Positions 1 to 11,636 of a DNA stretch of 64,000 bases are shown here, one piece after another. The DNA comes from Eledone cirrhosa. Its lineage: Eukaryota. The DNA lies in contig OZ024741.1 of the NCBI GenBank assembly GCA_964016885.1, positions 329,034,001 through 329,098,000 on the forward strand. Reading direction: 5' to 3'. Within the stretch, counting starts at the first letter, position 1. Each line of letters starts with the position of its first letter. A program made the translations under genes and the position numbers. The notes below the pieces were generated by a model. It searched no databases. It saw only the letters and a program-made list of their open reading frames with translations, and was not told the origin of the DNA.

Positions 1-321
1 CTGAACATTAAAGCGTTAGACTATAGTCATAGTAAATGACTAACATAACATTTCGCAAATATTACATAATCAAATTCATGAAGGAAACTTTTAAATTCCC
101 TCACCTGTTTCATGATTATGGAGTGTATATATGTATGTATATGCGTGTGTGTGTGTGTGTGTGTGCGTGTGAGTGTATGTATAGAGAGAAAGAAAGAAAT
201 GGATAGATAGGTTGATTGATTGGTTGATAGATAGATAGATAAAAAGAATGATAGAAATAGATAGAGATATAGAGAGATACATAGGTATACATATGTATAT
301 AATTTGATCAATATGCACATA

Positions 322-381
<60 letters not shown>

Positions 382-588
382 AACACATATATATATATGT
401 ATATATATATATGGGGGAATTAATGTTCAGCGTAATGAAATATTGATCATTATATAATAGAAAATCGATTAAAATGAGTTAATCACATCAGGAAATTTAA
501 ATTTTCTGATTTATCGATAAATTTAAGTGACCATACTTCTTGATATTTCATTCCTGTTACTGGAAATTGCGCATTAATATATATAGAT

Positions 589-700
589 GTTCAAATCCCG
601 CCGAGATTAACTTTGCGTTTCATCCTTGCGGGGTCGATAAAATAAAGTACCAGTAATGTACTGGTAATTGCTGGCCTTGTGCCAAAAGTAGAAACAATTA
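589..700 (+). mobile_element. 5'-truncated tRNA-derived SINE with ~19 bp TSD
   Basis: B-box remnant gttcaaatcccgccgag, central gcgtttcatccttgcggggtcgataaaataaagtaccag, tail gtagaaacaatt. attaatatatatagatgtt is repeated on both sides. Confidence 0.85.
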
Positions 701-1060
701 ATATATATAGATGTTTTGCGTGCGCGTAAATGTTTGTGATCGTGTGTATGTTTATGTATATGTATGTGTGTGGGGGGGGGTCGTTGTTTGTGTAGATTTG
801 AAATTGGCCTTATGAGATGTGTTATATATATATAGTTAGGGAAGCAGAAAATTGCTTATTGTGATCCAGTTCGTGGTTAAGAAAGCCAGTTTCATGGACG
901 GTTTCATCGACTATTTTGAAAATTTGGACGTGAACAACAATTATAATTGAGTGGCTGCTATTTGCAGTATAGCAATATAAGGTTGCACTTACCAATGAAA
1001 CGGTCGTAAATACCTGGATAAAATCCTGTGTTTTCTCTTTTATACTATATATATATATAT

Positions 1061-1598
1061 AGTAATAATAATAAATGTGGAGACTAAAATCTAAAGAGGG
1101 TTTGATAAGGATAATATATATATATATATATATTTATTTATTAAAATAACAGATTAAAGATTAAGCAAAGAATCGCTGCTTTCACCCTTAACGGGATCTT
1201 CTGAAACTAAAAAGGTCAATCTGTGAACGCAGAGGTAAATATTTCGAAAAACGTTGGAACCGAAAGAAGACAGGAAGACGATACTTTGGTTCGTGAAACG
1301 TTCCCTGGCAAAGAACGAAAAAAAACGAATATAATACGTCATTATTTGGTGCGGTGAAAACAATTACAAAGACAAAACCACGTTTATGGTATAAATGAAG
1401 TCTTAGACTAATATTCTATTAGGTGGTTCATGGAGACGTTCTCTGGCAATGAACGAAAAAAACGAAGATAATACTTCATTATGTGGAGCGGTGAGAACAA
1501 TTACACGCAAAGACAAAAGCACGTAAAATTCTATCTGATATAAATTTATCCTTATCGAGCCGTCTTTGGATTTTAGTCTTCAAATTTTTTATTATTCC

Positions 1599-1599
<1 letters not shown>
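1061..1599. mobile_element. PLE-like family A insert, head-to-head (long minus arm, short plus 3' end) in (TA)n
   Basis: 1134-1530 is the reverse complement of 6125-6556 and 30085-30383. 1065-1112 is inverted relative to 1545-1598. Flanked by TA repeats. Confidence 0.75.
1159..1207 (-). ncRNA. type I hammerhead-like motif, U4A core variant
   Basis: Minus strand reads gttt CAGAAGA tcccgttaagggt GAAA gcagcgattctttgc TT aatc. Confidence 0.55.
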
Positions 1600-1680
<81 letters not shown>

Positions 1681-1701
1681 GTATCTATGTATGTATGTAT
1701 G

Positions 1702-1747
<46 letters not shown>

Positions 1748-1876
1748 TAGATATATGAGGTGAGTTTATTGTAGTACAATAAAGCAATGCAAATATCGGA
1801 TAAGTAGCACTCAACAGTTTATGGGACCGGAGTATAAATAATATAAAATCAAAAGATGGTTAAAATAGTTCCATGT

Positions 1877-1945
1877 ATTTTATTATGCGCATTTCAAATA
1901 CAAATATCATCATGGGATGATATTTGCGTTCTCATCAGATAAAAT
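1877..1945 (-). ncRNA. type I hammerhead ribozyme
   Basis: attttat CTGATGA gaacgcaaatatcatc-ccat-gatgatatttgtattt GAAA tgcgca TA ataaaat; palindromic stem III. Confidence 0.8.
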
Positions 1946-2760
1946 AGGGAGACATGATATGAAGCTTAAAAAACACTTGCGAGCAGTGAAGTGTTAAATC
2001 AACATATGAAAAATAAAATAAAATGGATATATGAGATTGGGAAAAAAGGAAAGGAAGGTGGGGAAGGAAGAGGTAAGGAAGAGGAAGAAAGAATATAGAT
2101 AGAAGAAAAAAAAAATAATAATAAGGAAAGGATGACGGAGGAGGAGTATAAGAAGGAAGGATGAGAGAGGAGGAGAAGATGAGTGAAAGAGAGAGAGAGA
2201 GATAATCTTTAATACTGAGAAACACTGTCTCACAGAAAAATTTAAAAAAAAAAACGTTGTAAGATAATACATAATTTTTAAAAAATTTAGAAATTAAAAT
2301 TTAATGAGGTTTATGAATGGTGATGCTTATGATTAAAGAAAAAGGAATTAAGAATACTATTTATTTAAGGTTTATATATTGAAGGGTTTAATAAGATGTG
2401 CGTAAAGGAATTTATTAAAATGTATTATTAAACTAAAATATATTAAGAAGATAAGGTGAATGAAGATAAGGTTAAATGAATTATGAACTTAGAGGAATTA
2501 ATTAGGGTCCGAGCTTGTTTTCTATATAATGTAATAGGAAAAAGTAAATAATGGATTTAATACTAGCACGTCATCCTTTCCTTATTATTATATATCGTTT
2601 TGTTCTATCTATATTCTTTCTCCATCTTCCTCACCTCTTCCTTCCCCCCTTCCTTTCCTTTTTTCCCAATCTCATATATCTATCTTATTTTATTTTTCAT
2701 ATGTTGATTTAACACTTCACTGCTCACAGGTGTTTTTTAAGCTTCATATCATGTCTCCCT

Positions 2761-2829
2761 ATTTTATCTGATGAGAACGCAAATATCATCCCATGATGAT
2801 ATTTATTTTTGAAATGCGCATAATAAAAT
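2761..2829 (+). ncRNA. type I hammerhead ribozyme
   Basis: attttat CTGATGA ...stem II... GAAA tgcgca TA ataaaat. Confidence 0.8.
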
Positions 2830-2874
2830 ACATGGAACTCTTTTAACCATCATTTGATTTTATATTATATATAT

Positions 2875-3090
<216 letters not shown>

Positions 3091-3107
3091 ATATATATAT
3101 ATATATA

Positions 3108-3848
3108 TAACAAAGAAAGTGTGGTAAGGAACCAGTTGGACCATAACGCACCAGAGTACTCGATACTAGGCTAGTTGTGTGGGTAATAGGAACATTCTTA
3201 ACCACTTTTTTTCTACCTTTTTCTTTTTCTTTTATCTCTTCTTTCTTTTATCTATCTTTCTTTCCGAATGCACCAGGATGTTTCATACACCATTATTTTG
3301 CTACGGAGTTGTTGTAGCAATCGGTTGTGTCTGGGTTTAAATGTTATACCCTTGACCGGGTGGAAGAGGTCGTTCTCGAAGGGTGAAAGCATAGGGTTCG
3401 GTGGGGGAGATTTGTAGTTATTGAATCCGAATCTCTCCTTGGTGTCGAGTCCTGGTTGTCGCGTATCTATCGTAGAAAATGTTCTCCCATCTCAGTCTTT
3501 TCGCAAACAGGTCGATTTTTTGCGTGAGCATCCGAAGATAAAGTTTTCTCGGTGGAATTGCTATGTTCTTGCTGGAGAAATCGATAGTGTGTTTTCGTAT
3601 GGTGGGTGTAATGAAACTACAGCTGGGTGAAAAAATCGGGATAAGGCGTGGTAGGGTCGGAAAGTGTTCTACTACGGAGGCAGGAGCTAGATAACGAAGG
3701 AAGTGTGGTAAGGAACCAGATGGACCATAACGCACCAGGGTACTCAATACTTAGGGTAGTAGAGTGGGTAATAGGAAAATGTTTAGCCCCTCTTTTCTTT
3801 TCTTTTTCTTTTTTTTATCTCTTCTTTCTGGCGTTAAACATTTTCCTA
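3108..3848 (-). mobile_element. internally deleted Penelope-like element (family F): pLTR - ORF 5' end - pLTR
   Basis: Direct repeats 3108-3250 and 3692-3830 flank a minus-strand ORF fragment. Short inverted end at 3832-3846. TA flanks. Confidence 0.75.
3285..3600 (-). pseudogene. N-terminal fragment of a Penelope-like RT ORF (frameshifted)
   Basis: DFSSKNIAIPPRKLYLRMLTQKIDLFAKRLRW, then after a frameshift ERFGFNNYKSPPPNPMLSPFENDLFHPVKGITFK. Resembles the YSxKNIP...KRMRW...FENDL N-terminus of invertebrate PLE proteins as I recall them. Confidence 0.7.
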
Positions 3849-5474
3849 TATATATATATATTTATTTATTTAAAAATTTATGAATTTCCGGTTGGTTGGT
3901 TGGTTCCAAAACCGTCCGGTTGTGGACCCAACCAACCAACCGGACGGTTTTGGAAGTGAAAGCAACTGGTGCGTGTGTTTCTTATTGGCAACATGACCCT
4001 CCCAAAGTATAACAATATCGGTTTCAACACACGTTTTCAGATAAAAAATCTTGCTAAACAAATTCAGAAACGATATATATATATATATCAATTGAGCTAC
4101 TTGCCCCACCCGGCATAGTCCAAATAACCATTATGGGCATCTCTAGTTCTACTGTTGGACCCTTCCTGCTTCGGAACATGCGTGCACTGCACACTCCCCA
4201 CCCTGGTAATACGAGCCGTTCGTGCAATGGTTGTGGACACAATACTTGCACATTGGGATTATTATAACTCCATCTACTATGGAACTTATATTTTATACTC
4301 TCCGATTGAACCCAACCCATTTGAACACTCCTCCATAAGAATTAGTGAAGCAATAGGGCCTATTAACATATCACTAGATAACCGAGTTTTAATGGTCTAT
4401 CGTACGACACACCTGATACTCCTGGAGGTCCATTATTAATAATTATTAATTTTATCGTTTTTATTTTTATTTGTACAATTCGTATAGTATCACTATGATT
4501 TTATAGTTAGTTACGTCCTTAATAGGGATGACGAATGATTTTGGATCATATATAACAACTTATTACTATTAAGAGGAAGGTAATTCCACCACTCGCCCCA
4601 ATAGACTTAGCGGCGTATAATCCTATTTCTATTTAACCCCTAGACATTCGGGACATATGTAACCGATTGGTCTAGGCTATATGGTTAATATACATGTGTA
4701 GTAACTCTTTGCCAGTTGGTTTTACAGTAACTAAAATAAGATTATGGGGCTTTTGCTTCACCTCTATCTTACAGTAACCCCGCTTTGCTTGTGCATAGTT
4801 TGCTTTATATGTGGTGCCTGTCTCTATACTTGTTATACTCAACTCTATCCTGTAATAACCATAATTTGCTTGTGTATGGCTTGCATTTATGCGATACCTG
4901 TCTATATGCTTGTGGAGCACCCATGGGCTACGTAATTCAGATACTTACCAGTATACCTTGTATATGTATACCATGGCGGGGATTTTGATTACTGTGGTCT
5001 TTCTGGATGTACCTTAAGAACCTCTTAGTGCTTATATAATTATAAGTTACGGAGATCCTTTTCACTAGTTTTATTAGGGACCAGCGTTTAATCTCCTCTG
5101 ACTTTTTTATGTGCTTAAAACTCTTTCTTTTTTCTTCGTTCTGTTTTCATTTCTTTTTAAAATAAAAAAAAATGTTTTTACCTTTTTATTTACTGTTTAT
5201 CTCTTTATATTTTCTTCCTTTTATTTTTTTATTATTATTATATTATTTTATTATTTTTTTATTATGTTTTAACCATTGTTTGTATTTTTTGCTTTTGTGT
5301 GCCATCAATTGTATCTGCATCTTGTGAGATCTGCTTGTGCCCTAGCATTTGGCTGTGGTGCTTAACAACCCCACATGTACTCCCTCCTTGTTCGCCATCT
5401 TTACCCTATATTGTATTCCGATTGTTCGTGTGACTAAGCCTGGTAGAGCTTATACTCAACACTGTGTTTATTAA

Positions 5475-5519
5475 GCTCTGAGGATTCCTACCAAACGATG
5501 TGGATGAAACATTATAAGC
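5475..5519 (+). ncRNA. type I hammerhead ribozyme (family G, slightly decayed)
   Basis: gct CTGAGGA ttcc...ggat GAAA catta TA agc; stem I extends as tttatt/aataaa. Downstream 3' end matches 61460-61520 (minus). Confidence 0.6.
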
Positions 5520-5806
5520 AAATAAAAACTGTTTGAGTATGTAAGCGTTCTTTGGTTTCTTTTACATATAACGGCTCGGTTCTTGTACATTGAGCTAATA
5601 CAATACTGTCATAATACAACACAGTGCATGTGTGTTTATGCACATATGCTCGTAAATAAATATGTATATATATTGTAGTTTACTTGAAGCATTGTATATG
5701 GTATAATTCGAAGTTTGAAAGCTTCGACAATGCGGATTTGGACGAAGTATAATTAAATCGTAAGAAAAGGGGCTTGGTTTTTTTTTCAGCTTGATTTATT
5801 CATATG

Positions 5807-5844
5807 TCCTGATATTTCGAGATTAATATCTCTTCCTCTGAGGA
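5807..5844 (-). ncRNA. minimal hammerhead-like motif, U4A core variant
   Basis: tcct CAGAGGA a gagat-atta-atctc GAAA ta TC agga. Confidence 0.45.
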
Positions 5845-6124
5845 ATAAAGGAACTATTGCAGTGTCCGATGTGGCTTACTCTACCATGCTATATTTCTTA
5901 TGATTTAATTATTCTCCGTCTAAACCCACATTGTCGTGGCTTTCAAACTTTGAATTTCTTTCAAGTATATATATTGCATACCCATGGCGGGTGTCTTCGC
6001 GTATGCATGTGTATGTACGTATATGGATGCGTGCATGTATATATTTAATTATTGTTGATTTCAATAGCCTCTGTAATTTATTTACATTATTCTTAACTCT
6101 GAAGCCGGGAATCATTCGGGTTCC

Positions 6125-6556
6125 GAAATAGAATTTTAGTCTACGACTTCAGTTATACCATGAACGTGGTTATGTCTTTGCGTGTAATTGTTCGCTCGTC
6201 CCACATAATGACGTATTATCTTCGCTTTTTCCGTTCATTGCCAGGGAACGTCTCTACGAACCACCTAATAGAATATTAGTCTACGACTTCATTTATACCT
6301 TAAAAGTGGTATTCTCTTGGCGTGTAATTGTTTTCACCGCTCCAAATAATGACGTATTGTCTTCGTTTTTTTTCGATCTTTGCCAGGGAACGTTTCCACG
6401 AACCAAAGTATCGTCTTCCTGCCTTCCTTCGGTTGCAACATTTTTCGAAATATTTACTTCTGCGTTCACAGATTGATTTTTTTAGTATCAGAAGATCCCG
6501 TTAATGGTGAAAGCAGCGATTCTTTGCTTAAACTTTAATCTGTTATTTTAATAAAT
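6125..6556 (+). mobile_element. PLE-like family A copy with internal ~140 bp tandem duplication and CAGAAGA hammerhead at 6485-6533
   Basis: aatagaat(t/a)ttagtctacgacttca occurs at 6128 and 6268. The 3' end runs into (TA)n. Confidence 0.75.
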
Positions 6557-7284
6557 ATATATATATATATGGAAAAAATGAAATTGAAATTTCATTTCTC
6601 ACTCTTAGTATGGCTGATACTTAAATATAAGTATGTATACGTACATACATATATGTATACAGACGTACAGTAGTATGTATATACATACACACATGTACAC
6701 ATATATATATGTACGTATAGGTTTACCGAACATTTATTATAATGTTCGGTTTGTTTGTAAACAAACAGCCCGGATTAAGCCGTACAGTTTTTGGCAACCA
6801 TCATTGCCCTTTTCTTCAACACTGACAAAGGAACGATGAACTCGTTTCTAGCTTCTTAGCTGTCATCAGCACCGTATACCTTCCTGTCAATCGATTGAAC
6901 GTTTGAAAGTATATACTTTCTCTCATATAACTTTCTCTTAAATTAAAAACTTGTTCAGACTTACTTTTGGTATGAGAAGGATAGGTGACAGTAAATATAA
7001 TGGGGAGAGGAACTTGCAAAGCTGGCGACAGAGCGCGGGTATAGGGCAAACACATATTTTTCGGTGTGGGAGCAGCAACATTTTAACTTTCGGAAAATTA
7101 CCTATTGCTAGGGGCCACCCTAATATACATATATCCGTATGTGGTTGACAGCTGAGAGAAATGAGCCTCGGTATTGAGTAATATATATATATAAAGCAAA
7201 CTTTAACACCCTCATATATATATATATATATATATAATAAAGTTAAATAAAAAGTCAAATGTTTAAAATTTAGCTTCATTTATT

Positions 7285-7339
7285 ACTGCTATATATATTT
7301 CAGAGACAGCCATCTTTGGCTGTGACCTCTTCAGGCAGT
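7285..7339 (-). ncRNA. type I hammerhead ribozyme
   Basis: actgc CTGAAGA ggtcacagcc-aaagat-ggctgtctct GAAA tatata TA gcagt. Confidence 0.8.
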
Positions 7340-7353
7340 CCGAATTAGTGTGG

Positions 7354-7410
7354 ACTGCCTGAAGAGGTCACAGCCAAAGATGGCTGTCACTGAAATATAT
7401 ATATAGCAGT
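7354..7410 (+). ncRNA. type I hammerhead ribozyme
   Basis: actgc CTGAAGA ggtcacagcc-aaagat-ggctgtcact GAAA tatatata TA gcagt. Confidence 0.85.
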
Positions 7411-7552
7411 AATAAACGAAGGTAAGTTTTAAACATTTGACTTTTTATTTAACTTTATTTTACATTACTCCGGAGTAACCAAACCAACCTGCGCACTTCG
7501 TCGAGTGCGCCAGCCTGCATACTGAGGTGTCGGTATACAACCAACATATACT

Positions 7553-7626
<74 letters not shown>

Positions 7627-7688
7627 CGTAAATAAGAAAATTTAAAAAAAAAAAAAATTTTTAAATTAACTTACTTACTAAAATTTTC

Positions 7689-7769
7689 ACTTCAACTAAT
7701 TAGTTTCTGCAATAGGATAAAGACAGTTACGTAATAAACTGTCGAGAATTCATTGCGTCATCAGGGAGT
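7689..7769 (-). ncRNA. type I hammerhead ribozyme
   Basis: actcc CTGATGA c gcaat...gacagtt-tattacgt-aactgtc...attgc a GAAA ctaattag TT gaagt. Confidence 0.75.
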
Positions 7770-8229
7770 CTATTCTCAGCTAAGTCTCCAGGCAATGCGC
7801 GGACACTGGGGACTCATATAAAAATAATAATAATTCGGTAGATGGAACAGCTAGCGGGGACTGGATTCCATGCACTGAAAAGTTCGCTGCCTCTGGTCAA
7901 ATGGCAGATTCTAAAGAATCAATCACGTGACACTGAGGCTAGTCGGTAGGAGTGGGATGGTAAGATGACAGAAGCCTACTAGCACACCAATAAATTAGTA
8001 GTGGTTTTGGCAGGTTTGCTCAACAAATAAGTAATTTGGAGATAAATATAGAGAATTTAGTATATCTACTAACATATGCGTACAGATGTACGCCAATGCC
8101 AGCAAATACACAGGTTATGTCATGGTACCTAGGTGGTTCAATGCAGGAGTATGCAGAACAATAATATAAAAGACGTAAATAAGAAAATAAAAAAATAAAA
8201 ATTTAAAAAATTAACTTACTAAAATTTTC

Positions 8230-8310
8230 ACTCCAACTAATTAGTTTCTGCAGTGGGATAAAGACAGTTACGTAATAAACTGTCGAGAATTCATTGCGTC
8301 ATCAGCGAGT
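8230..8310 (-). ncRNA. type I hammerhead ribozyme
   Basis: actcg CTGATGA ...same stem II... GAAA ctaattag TT ggagt. Confidence 0.75.
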
Positions 8311-8346
8311 CTATTCTCAGCTAAGTCTCCAGACAGTGCGCGGACA

Positions 8347-8438
<92 letters not shown>

Positions 8439-8993
8439 TATACATATATATATATATGTATACACTCTCCTTACTATCTTTGATTTTGTATGCTTTTGTA
8501 TACTATTTGTATATAAACAAGTTCATGGATATAAGAATAAAGGGAGGGCAAGGAGAGCAAGGAGCAAAGGAGAGCAAGGAGAGTAACGAGAAAAGGAGAG
8601 CAAGAACAGCAATGACAAAAGGGGGCAGGGAGAGCAAGGAGAACAAGGAGAGAAAAGAGGGAATGGGTGGAAATGGAGAGAGAAAATGAAGGACGGGATG
8701 GTAGGGATGGGGAGGATGGGGAGGGGTGAGGGAGAGGGGGATGAGGAGGAGAGTAGCATATATACATATATATATACATTTGCTGGGGTTGACTGGATGT
8801 GTCGAGAAAATGGTCGGGATAGGGAGCAATATATCGCTTTCGGACAGAATTAAGGCGTTTGAGGGTCGCCTAACAGTTGTCCGGTTGACCTGAAATTTTG
8901 CACACCCCGATCTTTTGCTGATTGGAAAAGAAGTAGAGGGCGAGCGCAGCAAAGTGTTAACTTTCGGAAAATTATCTACTGCTAAGGGTCACC

Positions 8994-9040
<47 letters not shown>

Positions 9041-9041
9041 G

Positions 9042-9086
<45 letters not shown>

Positions 9087-9088
<2 letters not shown>

Positions 9089-9184
9089 CAAAGAAAGTGT
9101 GGTAATATACCAGGTTGACCATAACGCACCAGATCTAGCTGTCGAAACGGCCGGAGCTCAGTGGTTGGGATCCTGACTCTTTCA
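9087..9184. mobile_element. short PLE family F insert in (TA)n
   Basis: aacaaagaaagtgtggta...gaccataacgcaccag is shared with 3108, 3692, 16430 and 41739, and is followed by the inverted GAAAcggc segment. Confidence 0.7.
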
Positions 9185-9632
9185 TATATATATATATTTG
9201 TGTGTGTGTGTGTGTACAACAAACAAATAGTTCATCGCTCTACATGGCTGAATATAATAAATGTAATCTGAATTTTTCGAATATTAATAATAATATTCTA
9301 TTCGTTTGCAATTATGCAAACAGCCTCTTTAAAGCCTTATCAGTAGAATGACACCGTAATTCTTGAAAGTGTATAGTTTTAAGCAGACAGTATTATTGAT
9401 TTAGGTGTCATAGAAACCCTGCATTTGGATTTTACCATCAATTCCATTTGGGTCCAGGTCTGTTTATATCATTTATTTTGTTTGACCTGCTTAGCTTGAC
9501 TTGTTTTTTGGGGGCTGAGGTGGTTAATATCTACGATATTGCGTTTTGTTTCGCTTTTTCTACCAGCCGAAATACGATTCTCGCTGAATATATATTTATA
9601 TATATATATATATTTATATAAATATATATATA

Positions 9633-9742
<110 letters not shown>

Positions 9743-9923
9743 GATATCCACGGTAAGTTGTGGGGTCCAGTCTGCATGAAGAACTCAATGTAATTCATAT
9801 GTTGAAAATGTTGTAGGATAAAATAAATCACGGAACACAATAAAAACATTAAAAGGAAAACAGAGTCATGATATAAGTTAAAACAATGAAATAAAAAATC
9901 AAGTCATTAGAAATATACTTCAC

Positions 9924-10059
9924 TGCTTTACGATCGTTTCTAGGTGATGATAATACATCGTAACTATACTTCGATATCGATCTATGTAAGGTTAGTTACA
10001 AAATATCAGATAAAGAGAATATTTACTTACATGCATATCACCAGCTGTTATCAAAAGCA
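9924..10059 (-). ncRNA. hammerhead-like motif with U3:A8 covariant core and very long stem II
   Basis: tgctt TTGATAA ...ggtgat atgcat gtaa...ttac g atgtat...atcacc... GAAA cgatcg TA aagca. Confidence 0.5.
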
Positions 10060-10491
10060 ATAATAATTTTATTCAAAATCAGTAGCAAATTAGTGTTATG
10101 TTTAGTTCTATGACCTTGTTTGGAGGTAGTTGAAGAACTAACCAATCAGATTGTTTTATTCCATATAATGTTAAGATGAAAAATAATTCACTTTAGTTGA
10201 GGTCATGACCCTTTAAAAGGAATGGTTGAATGGTGTTAATAACAGAATTGCCATAAAAAAATCTATTAGGAAAGAAATCTATTAAAAAAATCTATTAAAG
10301 GGATTGTCAAATTCATAGTTGAATATATATGGTATAGTGAAGTTCAAAATGAATGTAAAAATTAAATGTTGAGTTGTGTTGTATGGAGTTTTTAGGTGAA
10401 TATAAATTAAGGTCATGGCTAGGAAAGATAGTATATTAAAAGATGAAAATTATAATAAGATAATGAAATACAGAAATACAATAATATAATA

Positions 10492-10680
10492 TAATTGTTT
10501 CTACTTTTGGCACAAGGCCAGCAATTACTCAGTGCATTACTGGTACTTTATTTTATGGACCCCGTAAGGATGAAAGGCAAAGTCAACCTCGGCGGGATTT
10601 GAACTCAGATCATAAAGGGACGTAACTATGCTGGAAAGCATGGCGTCCGACCCTCTACCGATACTGCCAATCTACCGCCC
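10492..10680 (-). mobile_element. full-length tRNA-derived SINE interrupting a PLE
   Basis: Minus strand: gggcggtagattggcagtatcgg (A box)...gagttcaaatccc (B box)...gtagaaacaatt, then an AT-rich tail. Confidence 0.9.
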
Positions 10681-11259
10681 TACCTATTCCTATTGTAATT
10701 AATGTTAGCGGGAGAATGAAGGTTGCTTTGTGGGTGGTTTAGTGCTAAGGTTGTATTATGACTTTGTATTCTGTTGTTTTTGTGTTTGTGATTTGGGTGA
10801 TTGTGTTTTCCAGGTTGAAGGATTGTATTATTTGTCCTTTTAAAAGGTGCAGTCCTATTTAAATTATGTTGTGGTGGTGTGGTCATATTATTTTTAATTT
10901 TATAAATGTTGTAGTTGCATATTTTTTGCTGGGGATTGTTCGATATAGAGTATGAGAATTTAACAGTATATCTGTTAAATATTTGGTGGTATCAGTGGTT
11001 TGGTGGAAAATGTTTATGTAGAATTTCCAAGAATTTTTGGGGGATTTGTCCAATAGTTTTCAGGTTGAATGGTGCGTTGTACCATGTTATGTTTCTGTTG
11101 CGGTTTTTAGTTAAGTTCTTATTACCACTTATATTATTGTGCTGTGTTCTAGAAGAATTCCTATGGTTAGTATTCATATTTGTAGAATTTGGTAAACTAC
11201 CGTGGTTGTATTTGGTTTTATTATTGGGTGGATTATGAGATTTTGAATGCTTGGTATTC

Positions 11260-11261
<2 letters not shown>
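10681..11261 (-). pseudogene. Penelope-like RT thumb/C-terminal fragment
   Basis: RNRNITWYNAPFNLKTIGQIPQKFLEILHKHFPPNH*YHQIFNRYTVKFSYS matches the RNIIWFNPP...KHFP...HKIFNRNTVKVSYS motif of invertebrate PLE RTs. Same strand as the downstream hammerhead at 9924. Confidence 0.75.
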
Positions 11262-11301
<40 letters not shown>

Positions 11302-11346
11302 CACAGAAAAAATGAGAATCAGTGTTGCGACGAATGGAATTTATTG

Positions 11347-11439
11347 GACATATTACAATCTTTTCTCTGGCGACCACCTCGAGGCACGATCGATGTGATG
11401 ATTGAACCTGATGAAAATCGCAAGGTCCTCAGATACGTC
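11347..11439 (-). ncRNA. type I hammerhead with extended stem II (family E)
   Basis: gacgtat CTGAGGA ccttgcgatt...ggtcgccaga GAAA agattg TA atatgtc. Confidence 0.65.
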
Positions 11440-11480
11440 TTGATTCTACGAAGCAGATTTTCCTTTAAGCATCCAACACC

Positions 11481-11523
<43 letters not shown>

Positions 11524-11566
11524 GATATCTAACGACCTGCAACTCCTCCATTTATTCATTTTGCTT

Positions 11567-11619
<53 letters not shown>

Positions 11620-11636
11620 TATATATATATATATAA

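Larger units (their letters stand above)
1755..2868. mobile_element. PLE-like family B palindromic insert
   Basis: Arms ~1838-2160 and ~2570-2868 are inverted copies with (TA)n on both sides. Homologous to 34672-35010. Confidence 0.8.
7236..7558. mobile_element. PLE-like family C palindromic insert
   Basis: 7236-7341 is inverted relative to 7352-7459. Homologous to 14764-15302 and 23797-24207. TA flanks. Confidence 0.85.
7619..8350 (-). mobile_element. retrozyme-like / non-autonomous PLE: two ~190 bp direct repeats, each with a hammerhead
   Basis: 7619-7808 matches 8166-8349. Non-coding spacer, (TA)n on both sides. Confidence 0.75.

Noticed and set aside
420-580. Long hairpin followed by GAAAttgcgca (also GAAAcggtcgTA near 997 and a stem near 9348-9415)
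   Set aside because: No recognisable CUGANGA half; possibly decayed ribozymes but unsupported.
7070-7135. Shared ~55 bp end ...ggg(c/t)caccctaata with 8945-9000, possible DNA-transposon TIR
   Set aside because: Matching opposite TIRs could not be identified with confidence.
10992-10994. In-frame TGA in the PLE relic (and at 52527) as possible selenocysteine
   Set aside because: Not at expected Cys positions; best explained by point mutation in decayed copies.
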